Origin: Candidatus Poriferisocius sp.
Lineage (GTDB): Bacteria; Actinomycetota; Acidimicrobiia; Acidimicrobiales; Bin134
Assembly (NCBI GenBank): GCA_965221865.1
Contig: OZ244918.1
Location: 1,896,696-1,960,695, forward strand
Reading direction: 5' to 3'
DNA: 64,000 nt
Shown: positions 38,502-47,899 of the stretch, one piece after another
Numbering within the stretch: position 1 is the first letter of the stretch
Layout: the number at the start of each line of letters is the position of its first letter
Translations under genes and position numbers: made by a program
The notes under the pieces: model-generated
Told to the model about the DNA's origin: nothing
Database searches by the model: none
The model's input: only the letters and a program-made list of their open reading frames with translations

Positions 38502-39977
38502 GTTAAGAGTCCAGTAGGCACCTCGACCATAACCCTCTACTAACACAAGACCCATATCTCGTAGTCGTATGAGCAAGCTGCGAGTCGTGGTTTCGCTAAT
38601 TCCTGTTTGGGCTGTGATTTCTCCTCGGGCGATTGGACCTTTTGCTAGCAGGGTGAGTACGTCTGCTTCTAATTGTCCCATTGCAAGAGATGATCCGTCT
38701 GGTATCAACCACTTACCTTGACGCGGAATGCTACAGGCAACAGATGCACCGTTGGTGGTGAACACAGGTCTGCCTAATCCCACATCTGCACACATTCTTG
38801 CCATTCGCAGAGTGCCCGACCCAAGCTGTTCTACTATGCCCCGCCTGTATAGGCAACCAATTATGTTTGGATTCCATGGATGTGAGCCGTGGTCTTTATA
38901 CAGATCGGCAGTTGTCAGTCCAAAATGAAGTCCACCAGGCGAAAGGATTTCAAGCCGGTCAGAGAACACCCTCACTTGCACTAGGCCAGCCTTAGCGTAA
39001 TCGCGATGGCCGAAGGCGTTGGCTAGAGCTTCTCTAATAACCGCAGATGGAATCTCTAAACCAGCTTCTGCTTGGAGCCCACCGTTAATTCGTACCGGGT
39101 GGTGTAAGTGCTCTTCACAGAATGTCATTGCTTTGCGTAGCGAAGCGAAGATGTTATTTTGGATGAGCAGATCATCGCGTAATGTTTCGCCTAGGTGAGT
39201 GCCATTTACTGCTACGAGTCGGCATCCTAGGGTGGGATAATGACTTTCAAATTTTTGAGGTTTACCAAATAGGGCGATAGAACCTCGATTCGGATCGCCG
39301 TTGCTGTCAAGCATGTTCATTGCTTGAAAAATTTCGGTAATAGTAGCATCAGCGTTGAACTTGCCTCGTCCTGTTGAGATTGCGTCATCGCGCAGAGCTT
39401 GCACTTCATTCTCGTCAATGGCGTCGAATTGGCGGTAAGAATTTGCGGTTTCCCAACGATCCCAGCCGTGCGCTCTTTCGGGGACTAGCGAAAGGTGGGT
39501 TTCTTCAGACATTTGGACTGTGGAGGCCCCTGAGCGTATGTAGTGAAGACCTTTATAGGAGTATGGCTTGTTGGCACCAGCACCCACTGTCGCAATAATT
39601 ATCTCATGATCTGTCTTATGAGGTAACGGGATGCGTTCTATGTTCGGAGGGTGCCAAGGACGAATTTCCCGACAAGCTTGGGTGATATTTTCAAGGGTCT
39701 TGTCGGAAACGTTTTGCCCGACTATCTGGCCACTGGGATATATCCCAAAGAGCACCCTTCCACCTTGTCCGTTCAACATCGCAGATAAGGTCTTAGCTGC
39801 TTCTTTTTTTTCGCCTGTTGTTTTCTTGAACTCAACGGTGGTGGACTCGCCTTGAGCAGCGAGCTTGGTTATTTCGCTGGCTATGGTCACGGTTTTAGTA
39901 TATTCATGCTCTATTCGTGTTTTATTAAAGGGGGGGTCAAATAGATACGAGCAGCGCTGTGAACTGGGCTTTTGCAT
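38466..39977 (-). CDS. AlbA_2 (Schlafen-type) DNA-binding + HATPase_c_4 + wHTH protein (often annotated as ATP-binding putative transcriptional regulator or RecG-like)
   Basis: ESTTVEFKK..AMLNGQGGRVLFGI (AlbA_2), REALANAFGHRDY (HATPase_c_4-like), and a C-terminal wHTH LAKGPIARGEITAQTGISETTTRSLLIRLRDMGLV. Both ORF ends lie inside the flanking repeats, so the true start may be an internal GTG near 39890. Confidence 0.7.
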   Translation of the reverse strand: MQKPSSQRCSYLFDPPFNKTRIEHEYTKTVTIASEITKLAAQGESTTVEFKKTTGEKKEAAKTLSAMLNGQGGRVLFGIYPSGQIVGQNVSDKTLENITQACREIRPWHPPNIERIPLPHKTDHEIIIATVGAGANKPYSYKGLHYIRSGASTVQMSEETHLSLVPERAHGWDRWETANSYRQFDAIDENEVQALRDDAISTGRGKFNADATITEIFQAMNMLDSNGDPNRGSIALFGKPQKFESHYPTLGCRLVAVNGTHLGETLRDDLLIQNNIFASLRKAMTFCEEHLHHPVRINGGLQAEAGLEIPSAVIREALANAFGHRDYAKAGLVQVRVFSDRLEILSPGGLHFGLTTADLYKDHGSHPWNPNIIGCLYRRGIVEQLGSGTLRMARMCADVGLGRPVFTTNGASVACSIPRQGKWLIPDGSSLAMGQLEADVLTLLAKGPIARGEITAQTGISETTTRSLLIRLRDMGLVLVEGYGRGAYWTLNTPPNETRIEHE

Positions 39978-40034
39978 TAACTGTTGCGCTTAGCTGCTCT
40001 ATTTATGCTTCATTCCTGTTTCATTAGGGGGGGT
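39901..40034 (+). repeat. right copy of the 134-bp direct repeat
   Basis: Identical to 38368-38501 over the first about 100 nt, with a few mismatches in the last subrepeat (..CTCTATTTATGCTTCATTCCTGTTTCATTAGGGGGGGT). Confidence 0.9.
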
Positions 40035-40050
40035 AGGTAGGATTGTTGCA

Positions 40051-41313
40051 ATGGTTACAAACCATGAGTTGTTTACAAGAGCGCAGCGGGTTATTCCTGG
40101 GGGTGTCAACTCGCCGGTTCGCTCATTTCGGTCGGTGGGGGGTACGCCTTACTTTGTGGAACGAGCCCAAGGGCCATATGTGTGGGATGTAGAAGGTAAA
40201 CGCTACATCGATTATGTGCAGAGTTATGGGCCTGGGATTTTGGGCCATGCTCATCCTTTGGTGACTGCTGCAGTGGCTGAAGCAGCCGCGAATGGCACAA
40301 GTTATGGAGCTCCAACTGAGCGGGAGGTGATGTTAGCTGAGTTGTTATGCAGTCGCGTGCCGCAGATGGAATGGTCTCGGCTTACCTCTAGCGGCACCGA
40401 GGCGGCTATGGCCGCATTACGTTTAGCACGAGGAGCCACAGGGCGCCGCAAGGTGATCAAGTTTGCTGGCTGTTATCACGGCCATAGCGATGCTTTATTG
40501 GCAGCTGGGGGAAGCGGCGTGGCTAATCAAGGTTTAGCTGATTCAGCTGGTGTGACCCCAGGAGCAGTGGCCGACACCGTTGTGGTGCCTTACAACCAGA
40601 TACCCGAGGTAGACGAAACAGTTGCGGTGGTCGCTGTAGAGCCTGTAGCTGCCAACATGGGTGTAGTTGCTCCAGTACCCGGTTTTTTAGAGGGGTTGCG
40701 GGCGGCTTGTGATGCAGCTGGTGCTTTGTTGTTGTTTGATGAGGTGATTACCGGTTTCCGTTTAGCGCCTGGCGGGGCTACTGAATGGTTTGGGGTTGTG
40801 CCCGATGTGTGGTGCTTTGGCAAGGTAGTAGGTGGTGGCTTGCCTATAGGCGTGTTCGGTGGCAGGGCCGAATATATGCAATATTTAGCGCCGCTAGGAG
40901 ATGTGTATCAAGCTGGCACATTGTCGGGTAATCCCTTAGCTACAGCGGCGGGCTTAGCCACGCTAGAACAACTAGATGCTGTGGCCTACCATAAGCTCAC
41001 TTGTATAGCTACCCGTTTAGCAGAGGGTATGACGCAGGTCAGCGCTGATTTGGGGGTGGAATGTGTGGTGCCACGGGTAGGTTCGCTGGTGGGGGTGTTC
41101 TTTTGTGATCAGGCGCCTCGCAACTTTGTGGAAGCTAAGCTAGCAGCTGAAAACGGGGTTTATCCTCGGGTGTTTCACCGCTTGTTAGAGGCTGGCGTGG
41201 CTTTTGCGCCTGGCCCTTACGAAGCATTATTTCCGAGCTTGGCACACACAGACGACATCATCGATACCAGCATCGCAGCCTTCGCTCAAGCTGTGCAGGT
41301 GTCTAAAAGCTGA
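40051..41313 (+). CDS. hemL: glutamate-1-semialdehyde 2,1-aminomutase
   Basis: ..VIPGGVNSPVRSF.., ..LLFDEVITGFR.., ..FGKVVGGGLPIG.. (PLP Lys). Confidence 0.95.
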   Translation: MVTNHELFTRAQRVIPGGVNSPVRSFRSVGGTPYFVERAQGPYVWDVEGKRYIDYVQSYGPGILGHAHPLVTAAVAEAAANGTSYGAPTEREVMLAELLCSRVPQMEWSRLTSSGTEAAMAALRLARGATGRRKVIKFAGCYHGHSDALLAAGGSGVANQGLADSAGVTPGAVADTVVVPYNQIPEVDETVAVVAVEPVAANMGVVAPVPGFLEGLRAACDAAGALLLFDEVITGFRLAPGGATEWFGVVPDVWCFGKVVGGGLPIGVFGGRAEYMQYLAPLGDVYQAGTLSGNPLATAAGLATLEQLDAVAYHKLTCIATRLAEGMTQVSADLGVECVVPRVGSLVGVFFCDQAPRNFVEAKLAAENGVYPRVFHRLLEAGVAFAPGPYEALFPSLAHTDDIIDTSIAAFAQAVQVSKS

Positions 41314-41348
41314 AAAACCGGTGACAAATGCTATTGCTATCAGCAGGG

Positions 41349-42626
41349 TTACGGTTTGTTGGTTCGTAGGAGTGCTGAGGTAACACGCGAGCCTGCTGTG
41401 GTGAGAGTAGTGGCGATTTTGTAGACGTATTCGGCAACCCCTGGGTTGTCTTTGTCCATAAGATTAGCCATTATGCGCAGGGCTAGTTCCATTACTGGAC
41501 GAGCCCGCATACCTACACGCGTAAGCTCACGTAACAATGCTGGTTTACCGATAAGGTGGGCAAAAACCCGAGCCACACGAAAGTAGGCACCGTAGTGTTC
41601 TTCTAGCAGCGTGGGGTAGCGCCCGATGCCCTCTTTGGTGTTGGTGGCTATGGCTTCTGCGATTAGTTCAGCAGCGATCTTGCCAGTTTCGTAGGCGTAG
41701 TCGATGCCCTCACCGTTGAAAGGGTTCACCGACCCTGCTGCGTCACCTACTACAAGGTGGTTGGGACCAATTTTGGGGTTTATCGACCCGGCCATGGGGA
41801 GTCGCCCACCTACGGGAGCGATTAGAGGTTTGTTGGGGTTAATCTCCCAGTAGCTAGGCAAAGTAGCCGCAAACTCTTGCATCAAATGGGAGGTGTTGAC
41901 CGAGTTGTAATCGCGGTAAGTGGACAGCAGTCCTGCACCTACGTTCACCGTGCCGTCGCCTACAGGGAAAATCCAACCGTAGCCGGGTAAACAGTTGCCG
42001 TTACGGTCGCGTATGTCTAAAGCACTTTCAATCCAAGGGGTATCGTGCAACGGGCTTTCAAAATAGGTGCGGATTGCCATACCCTGTGGATAGGAACGGT
42101 TTCTAGAGGTACCTAGTGCTCTACCAAATCGGGAGTTGGCGCCATCTGCTACTGCAACATAGCGGGCTAGCACTGTTTCGTTTGCGCCCGTGGCCTTGTT
42201 TAGGACTTGGGCTCCGTCTACAAGCCCTTTAGCTAAGATTGGCTGAGTAGCTTCGTTACCAAACCGCAACTCAGCGCCTGCAGCTATGGCCTGGTTAACC
42301 ACCATTTGATCCAACTCGCAGCGTCTTACAACGTAGCCGTAATTGGGGAAAACCGAATGTTGCGGCCACTGCAATTCTAAGCTGCGTTTGTGGGCTACTG
42401 CGCGTAGCCCACAGTAGCGGTGGTAGCGGGACAACTCTTGGCTAAGTCCCATGTCGTCTAGGGCTTTGACTGCCCGTGGTGTGAGTCCATCCCCACAGGT
42501 TTTGTCGCGCGGGAACTCTTTGCGTTCCACCACTACAACATCTAAGCCAGCTTTAGCAGCCCAGTATGCGGTTGCTGCTCCTGCTGGTCCTGCGCCGATT
42601 ACCAGCAGATCCCTACGGAAGCTCAG
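41349..42626 (-). CDS. geranylgeranyl reductase-family FAD-dependent oxidoreductase
   Basis: ..KTCGDGLTPRAV.., ..VGDAAGSVNPFNGEGIDYA.. The Rossmann segment DLLVIGAGPAGAATAYWAAKAGLDVVVVE lies upstream of the track start (GTG 42533) with no ATG/GTG/TTG in frame. Proposed start is CTG 42626-42624, overlapping the stop of the upstream gene. Confidence 0.75.
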   Translation of the reverse strand: MSFRRDLLVIGAGPAGAATAYWAAKAGLDVVVVERKEFPRDKTCGDGLTPRAVKALDDMGLSQELSRYHRYCGLRAVAHKRSLELQWPQHSVFPNYGYVVRRCELDQMVVNQAIAAGAELRFGNEATQPILAKGLVDGAQVLNKATGANETVLARYVAVADGANSRFGRALGTSRNRSYPQGMAIRTYFESPLHDTPWIESALDIRDRNGNCLPGYGWIFPVGDGTVNVGAGLLSTYRDYNSVNTSHLMQEFAATLPSYWEINPNKPLIAPVGGRLPMAGSINPKIGPNHLVVGDAAGSVNPFNGEGIDYAYETGKIAAELIAEAIATNTKEGIGRYPTLLEEHYGAYFRVARVFAHLIGKPALLRELTRVGMRARPVMELALRIMANLMDKDNPGVAEYVYKIATTLTTAGSRVTSALLRTNKP

Positions 42627-43450
42627 CGTGCTGCCATCCCTGCCTCGGTCATTAGGCCGCTGAGTGTGCTTGGGAAGGTTAAGCCAATTTCAAAGTTGTC
42701 TGGCAAAGCTTCTTCGGCTTCGAAGAGTTCTTCTAGATCAGCTAGGTCGGCTTCGTCAGCGCCACCAAGGTTTACACGCTCATAGTAGGTAACAGCTAAA
42801 ATTTCACGAGCGTTTAGGTCTTCACCAAAGGCGGGCATACCGTTAGCAGCACCTAAAGAAACTGAACCTCGGTCTCCGTAGATGGTACCAGGTTCGGCTG
42901 GTGAGCCGTTGACGATCCATATCAGCTGATCCCGCCAGTCGTTAAAGGTAGCCATAACCTCACCATCGCTGAGGGCAGGGCCTACGCCACCACCCCCTTC
43001 AGCACCATGGCAGCCAGCGCAACCACCGCTGCCTTCATATACTTCCCGGCCTAAAGCAATGATCTCGCTATCGCTTTCTACAGGCTCCAAAGTGCCAGCA
43101 AAAATTATTGCCCAAAACGGTAGAAACAAAAGCACTGGCACAGCCCAGTAAGGGATCTTCTTGCGGGTGGTTGCTGCAGTTACCCAGGGTTTGACTGGTT
43201 CTGGGATTGGTTCTGGTTCGGGTTCTAGCTCTGGTAACTCGGGTAAGGATGGGGCTTTTGTGGTTGCAGGCACTTGAGATTGAACCACTGCAGGAGCGGC
43301 GCTAGTTTCTGATGGTGGCACCTGCGTAGCGGGCGCATCCTCAGTGGCTGCGCCAAGAGCTACGCGACGATCTTTAGATCTTTTTAGCAGATGCTCGGGT
43401 ACTTCTACCAACGCTCCTCCGGTGTGTTTATTGGTTGAAATCGCATTCAA
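42623..43450 (-). CDS. membrane-anchored c-type cytochrome (single CxxCH)
   Basis: Heme motif GGCAGCHGAEGG, one TM segment (IPYWAVPVLLFLPFWAIIFAG), and a Pro/Glu-rich linker. Confidence 0.7.
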   Translation of the reverse strand: MNAISTNKHTGGALVEVPEHLLKRSKDRRVALGAATEDAPATQVPPSETSAAPAVVQSQVPATTKAPSLPELPELEPEPEPIPEPVKPWVTAATTRKKIPYWAVPVLLFLPFWAIIFAGTLEPVESDSEIIALGREVYEGSGGCAGCHGAEGGGGVGPALSDGEVMATFNDWRDQLIWIVNGSPAEPGTIYGDRGSVSLGAANGMPAFGEDLNAREILAVTYYERVNLGGADEADLADLEELFEAEEALPDNFEIGLTFPSTLSGLMTEAGMAAR

Positions 43451-43740
43451 CCAACCATCACATTACGCCCACTATATGCTACACGGCTACCCGAAGGCAT
43501 AGATGGCATTAGGCAAGCATTAGATAATAGGGGAAACCTCAGCATGGATTTTTGGGGTTTTTAGATAATTTTTTTGTGGGGATGGAACTTTTTTGGGGGT
43601 GTAGTAGTCGTAGGGGGTGAAAAATTAATGGTTCCCCCTCCAGTAGCGGCCGCTGGTTGGATGGCTCCCACGTCCAACCAGCGTTGCCGTGTTTAGCGGG
43701 ATGTAGTTTGGTAACAGCTATAGCGGCTAGTGTCTAACAG

Positions 43741-44178
43741 GTGTTAGAAGTTCCGATAGTTCGTAGCAGTTCTAACCTAGCGTTGCCAGCGTATGCTAAA
43801 GCAGGTGATGCTGGGGCTGATTTGGTGGCGAGTGAAGAAGTAGAGTTAGCAGCCGGTGGGGGGCGTGGATTGGTTTCCACCGGTATTTTTGTTGCTATTC
43901 CCGATGGTTATGCTGGGTTTGTGCAGCCTCGTAGTGGTTTGGCTTTGCGTCATGGTGTTACCTGCTTGAACACACCTGGGTTGATTGATGCTGGGTATAG
44001 AGGAGAGTTGAAGGTGTTGCTGGTGAACACCGATCCTGTAGAGCCTTTTATTGTGCGGCGCGGGGATCGCATAGCTCAGTTAGTACTGCAAAAAGTTGAG
44101 CAAGCTAATTTTGTGGAGGTTCAGGAACTGCCTGATTCTTCCCGTGGAACAGGCGGTTTCGGCTCAACCGGTACCTGA
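43741..44178 (+). CDS. dut: dUTP diphosphatase
   Basis: ..AGDAGADL.., ..[11 protein letters not shown].., ..[10 protein letters not shown].., and C-terminal ..[10 protein letters not shown]. Confidence 0.9.
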   Translation: MLEVPIVRSSSNLALPAYAKAGDAGADLVASEEVELAAGGGRGLVSTGIFVAIPDGYAGFVQPRSGLALRHGVTCLNTPGLIDAGYRGELKVLLVNTDPVEPFIVRRGDRIAQLVLQKVEQANFVEVQELPDSSRGTGGFGSTGT

Positions 44179-44180
44179 GC

Positions 44181-44633
44181 TTAAGGTTTGAGTTTGGTGC
44201 GTGACTTTGTGTGGGGTTTGGGTGGTGGACTGAGTTCGTAGCAGTGTTTGTCGCGTGCGATGAGTGTTGCTTTTCCGCCAAGTTCTTTTGGTCGAATATG
44301 ATCTGCGTGCAGTTCAACCCCTTCGTATTTTCCTTGCCCACATATAACACATTTATAGTTATCTCTCTGAAAAATTGCTTGTTTTTGAGCTGACGTAAAA
44401 TCTTCTTGCTTTTTTGATTGAACGTAATCAGGATCATATTTATAAACACCTTTACGAACTTTGATCAAAAAACCTTTTTGATAGAGTTTACGTATTCCTC
44501 TATCTGGGTCACGGAATACTTTTCCTGTTGCGCGTTGCCATTCTGCGGTTGCCCAATCAACGATTTCTTTGTGTTCAATTTCTCGATTTGGATGTTTCTT
44601 AAAATATTCAAGTAATAATTGTTGTTGGGTCAT
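44181..44633 (-). CDS. HNH endonuclease (candidate restriction enzyme); C-terminal end possibly degraded
   Basis: CVICGQGKYEGVELHADHIRPKELGG is the HNH core. The last about 28 codons (..LIARDKHCYELSPPPKPHTKSRTKLKP) are encoded by an A+C-rich tail unlike the AT-rich gene body, and they lack the expected N...C..C/H..K finish. Confidence 0.6.
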   Translation of the reverse strand: MTQQQLLLEYFKKHPNREIEHKEIVDWATAEWQRATGKVFRDPDRGIRKLYQKGFLIKVRKGVYKYDPDYVQSKKQEDFTSAQKQAIFQRDNYKCVICGQGKYEGVELHADHIRPKELGGKATLIARDKHCYELSPPPKPHTKSRTKLKP

Positions 44634-44636
44634 GTC

Positions 44637-45434
44637 CTATGTAAAAGCCAATTCTTGTTGCGCAATAAAGTTTTTGTAACGTTGAACTGCAATGTCACAG
44701 TAGTTGGAATCAATGTCAACTCCAATTGCTGCTCGTTGCGACTCTTGTGCTGCCAGAAGAGTTGACCCGCTTCCTAGAAATGGATCTAGTATCACATCTC
44801 CAACATAACTAAAGAGCTTGATGCACCGTTTTGGAAGTTCAATCGGGAAAGCAGCCGGATGACCACCTGCTCCTTTTTTGTTTTGGCCATTGAATGTCCA
44901 GATGCCATTTGTCCAAGCCATAAACTCATCTTTACTAATATCGCTAACACCTTTGTGTAATTTCTTCCACTGTGTCTTATACAGCACAACAATAACTTCT
45001 ACAGGTGCAATAACATACAACGCAGAAGCTGAGAGCCAAGAACCCCAAGCAGTTCTTCGTGAGATATTACCTTCATTCCAAATAATTGTGGAATGGTATT
45101 GCCAGCCAATGTTCTTTGCAATTGTTGTTAAATCGGCACAAACAGATTGCTGGCCGCCTTTATTTTTGTCGAGTGGAATGTTTAAGCACAATCGCCCTGA
45201 ATCTTTTGCAAGATCAAAGGTTTTCTTAAGCCACTGTTCTGAAAATTTTAGATAATCTGAATATGTTTTATTGTCGTCAATCGATCCATAATCTATGTCA
45301 ACATTATAAGGTGGAGATGTGACTGTAAGATCAATAAATTGCGGGTTAATGCAAGTGCATTTCAAAAAGTCAGCATTGTATATTGTTGCATTATGTTCCT
45401 GGTAGTACACTAAATCTTGTAGATTGTCATTCAT
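44637..45434 (-). CDS. DNA methyltransferase (N6-A/N4-C, beta class)
   Basis: Motif IV DLTVTSPPYNVDIDY precedes motif I ILDPFLGSGSTLLAA. Start set to ATG 45434 (MNDNLQDL..). Confidence 0.85.
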   Translation of the reverse strand: MNDNLQDLVYYQEHNATIYNADFLKCTCINPQFIDLTVTSPPYNVDIDYGSIDDNKTYSDYLKFSEQWLKKTFDLAKDSGRLCLNIPLDKNKGGQQSVCADLTTIAKNIGWQYHSTIIWNEGNISRRTAWGSWLSASALYVIAPVEVIVVLYKTQWKKLHKGVSDISKDEFMAWTNGIWTFNGQNKKGAGGHPAAFPIELPKRCIKLFSYVGDVILDPFLGSGSTLLAAQESQRAAIGVDIDSNYCDIAVQRYKNFIAQQELAFT

Positions 45435-45703
45435 ACTGCACCTTAGTCTGCAAACCAGTGTAAGCAATTAGTTGTTCGTAGGGAGTTTTTTGTCACATGT
45501 CTCAGCACTTTGGTGCAGCTTAGTTTGGGAGCGTAGCTCTACAATTGCTCCCGCCGTAGCATCCTGTAGCTTCTCATATCTCAGTGCAAGCATGCGCTAA
45601 TCTCCTTTTGGGCTATCTGCTTGTACTGAGAATACCCTCTCACACCCTTGTGACAATTAGTTAAAAACAGGGTGAAGCGTAAGCTAGGCTTTACACTTGG
45701 GGT

Positions 45704-46213
45704 GTGCAACCGCCTCAAAAAGCAAAGGTGTGGACTGGCCTTAGCGCTGAACCCTTGCCGGTAGAACAAGCATTAGCTTGGGTGGGTGCGCCAGATTGTG
45801 GTGGTGTGGTGTTGTTTAGTGGCACTGCTCGTAATCATTCTGAGGGTCGGCCTGAGGTAAGCGTGCTGGCATATGAGGCTTATGAAGAACAAGTAGTACC
45901 GCGCTTAGAGGCTTTAGCCGACCAAGCCCGTGAGCGCTGGCCAGAGGTTAGCCGCTTAGTTTTGCTGCATCGCATTGGTCGGGTGGAGATTGGGGAGTCG
46001 GCGGTAGTAGTAGCAGCTTCGGCACCACACCGCGAGGAGGCATTTGCTGCGGCCCGCTTTTGCATAGATGGGTTGAAAGCCACAGTACCTATATGGAAAA
46101 AGGAAACTTGGCAAGGTGGGCAGAGTTGGGGGTTGGAGGCGCAGCACATCTCTGAAGTTGCCAACCTAACTCAAGGCAACTCTAAGCTGGGTTTCAGCGA
46201 TTTAGCAGACTGA
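45704..46213 (+). CDS. moaE: molybdopterin synthase catalytic subunit
   Basis: MoaE pattern ..GGVVLFSGTARNHSEGR..LAYEAYEE..HRIGRVEIGESAVVVAASAPHR..AF.A..F.ID.LK...PIWKKE. Confidence 0.8.
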   Translation: MQPPQKAKVWTGLSAEPLPVEQALAWVGAPDCGGVVLFSGTARNHSEGRPEVSVLAYEAYEEQVVPRLEALADQARERWPEVSRLVLLHRIGRVEIGESAVVVAASAPHREEAFAAARFCIDGLKATVPIWKKETWQGGQSWGLEAQHISEVANLTQGNSKLGFSDLAD

Positions 46214-46228
46214 TTTGTTACTGAAACA

Positions 46229-47224
46229 ATGGCGCGTGATTTAGCAATCGACCTAGGAACTGCCAATACGCTGGTTTATGCCCGCGGGCAAGGCATCATT
46301 ATGAATGAGCCTTCGGTGATTGCCTTAAACCGAACTACCAATGAGATTTTGGCCATTGGACAAGAGGCAAGACAGATGATTGGGCGCACTCCTGCACACA
46401 TTGTGGCTAAGCGCCCATTACGTCAGGGAGCTATCACCGATTTTGGCGTGACCGAACGGATGATCAGGTTGTTGCTATCTAACGCTGGGGTGAATCGTTT
46501 TAGTCGCCCCAAAGTAGTTATTTGTGTTCCCTCAGCTATTACAGCCGTGGAGCAAAGGGCCGTGCAGGATGCTGCGCGTAGAGCTGGTGCTGCTGAGGTG
46601 CGTTTAATCGAGCAGCCTTTAGCAGCTGCGATTGGTGCCGAGCTACCCATTAACGAACCTGTAGCCAACATGGTTGTAGATGTGGGGGGTGGTACTAGCG
46701 AAACAGCTCTGATTTCTATGGGCGGTGTAATAGCCCTTAAAGCTATTCGGACTGGTTCTTTTGATATTGATGCTGCAATTCAGACATATGTGCGCCGTAA
46801 GTTTGGTATTGCTGTTGGGGAGCGTACGGCTGAAGAGGTGAAGATAGCTGTTGGTTCGGCTATGTATGTGCCTGGCGAGTGTTCGGTAGAAGTGCGGGGT
46901 CGTAATCTTTTAAGCGGTTTGCCAGAGACAATCGTTTTGAATCCCCAAGAGGTACGAACTGCGATTTCGGAAGTGGTATCAGCCATAGTGGAATCGGTGG
47001 TGGCTTGTTTGGTTGAAGCACCGCCAGAATTATCTCAAGATGTGATCACCCGGGGTGTCAAGTTAGTAGGCGGTGGGTCGCTGCTGAACGGTTTTGGGAA
47101 GCACCTGTCGCAGGCTATTGATGTTCCGGTAATGTTGGTGGATGCTCCATTAGAAGCAGTGGTGTTAGGCGCTGGACATTGCTTAGAATCGTTTTCAGGT
47201 GTTCAGGGCATGTTTATGGAGTGA
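46229..47224 (+). CDS. mreB: rod shape-determining protein MreB
   Basis: ..LAIDLGTANTLVY.., ..NEPSVIA.., ..VVDVGGGTSE.. actin-fold motifs. Confidence 0.9.
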   Translation: MARDLAIDLGTANTLVYARGQGIIMNEPSVIALNRTTNEILAIGQEARQMIGRTPAHIVAKRPLRQGAITDFGVTERMIRLLLSNAGVNRFSRPKVVICVPSAITAVEQRAVQDAARRAGAAEVRLIEQPLAAAIGAELPINEPVANMVVDVGGGTSETALISMGGVIALKAIRTGSFDIDAAIQTYVRRKFGIAVGERTAEEVKIAVGSAMYVPGECSVEVRGRNLLSGLPETIVLNPQEVRTAISEVVSAIVESVVACLVEAPPELSQDVITRGVKLVGGGSLLNGFGKHLSQAIDVPVMLVDAPLEAVVLGAGHCLESFSGVQGMFME

Positions 47225-47229
47225 TTGAG

Positions 47230-47835
47230 CTAGGCGGGGTCAACTTGGGTAAGGAGTTCTGCGGCATCTCTGGTTTGCCAGTCCCGATCATTTAGGGCAC
47301 GACTAAGAGCGTTGTCCACATCGTTGCCTTCAAAAGGAGCGAGGGCTAACACAGCACGGCGTCGCACAGCTACGCGGTCAGCGGTAGCAGCTAAAATTGC
47401 TTCTAACCCATCGGGGTGGCCGATAGCACCCAAAGCAGCTACCGCAGCTTCACGTACTAGGGGGTTTGGGTGTTCTACGCAGAGTTCACAAAGTTTCGGA
47501 ACTGCTGCGTATTCAGCTTTGCTGCGTTCCCCACATGCCCATGCTGCAGTTTCAATAACGGTATCTTCGGTGTCGGCTAGCAAGGGGCTTGGGGACACGT
47601 TTGGGTAGTGGATGCTTAAAGCCACGGCTCGACAGCGCACCGTAGCAGAATTGTCGGCTAAGGCTTCTTGTAAAGCCGCTACACTAAGCGTGCCTAATCT
47701 GTGCAGAGCCCCTAAAGTTGCAGCTCTAACGTGAGGATCACGGTGATGCATGTTGTGGTGTGCTGTTGCGGCATCGCCTGTATGACCTGCTAAAATAACA
47801 GCCCGGCGTTTTAGCTGGTTGGGGTCTAGCGGCAC
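47230..47835 (-). CDS. HEAT-repeat protein
   Basis: Repeated ..D....VR..A..ALG.. units (e.g. DPHVRAATLGAL, NPLVREAAVAALGAIG, DWQTRDAA). Confidence 0.55.
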   Translation of the reverse strand: MPLDPNQLKRRAVILAGHTGDAATAHHNMHHRDPHVRAATLGALHRLGTLSVAALQEALADNSATVRCRAVALSIHYPNVSPSPLLADTEDTVIETAAWACGERSKAEYAAVPKLCELCVEHPNPLVREAAVAALGAIGHPDGLEAILAATADRVAVRRRAVLALAPFEGNDVDNALSRALNDRDWQTRDAAELLTQVDPA

Positions 47836-47899
47836 AGCTGCTTGGGGTTTAGGGGCTTTTGCTGAGGGTTGTTTTGCAGTGAGCCACTGTTGGGTTTTG

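Noticed and set aside
43451-43740. Intergenic region with alternating G-runs and T-runs (TTTTTGGGGTTTTT, TTTTTTTGTGGGG, TTTTTTGGGGG) and a 9-bp hairpin (CTGGTTGGA..TCCAACCAG), considered as a riboswitch or sRNA
   Set aside because: I cannot match it to any RNA family from memory. It lies between divergent genes, so it may be promoter DNA. It is worth a covariance-model scan but cannot be supported as a feature.
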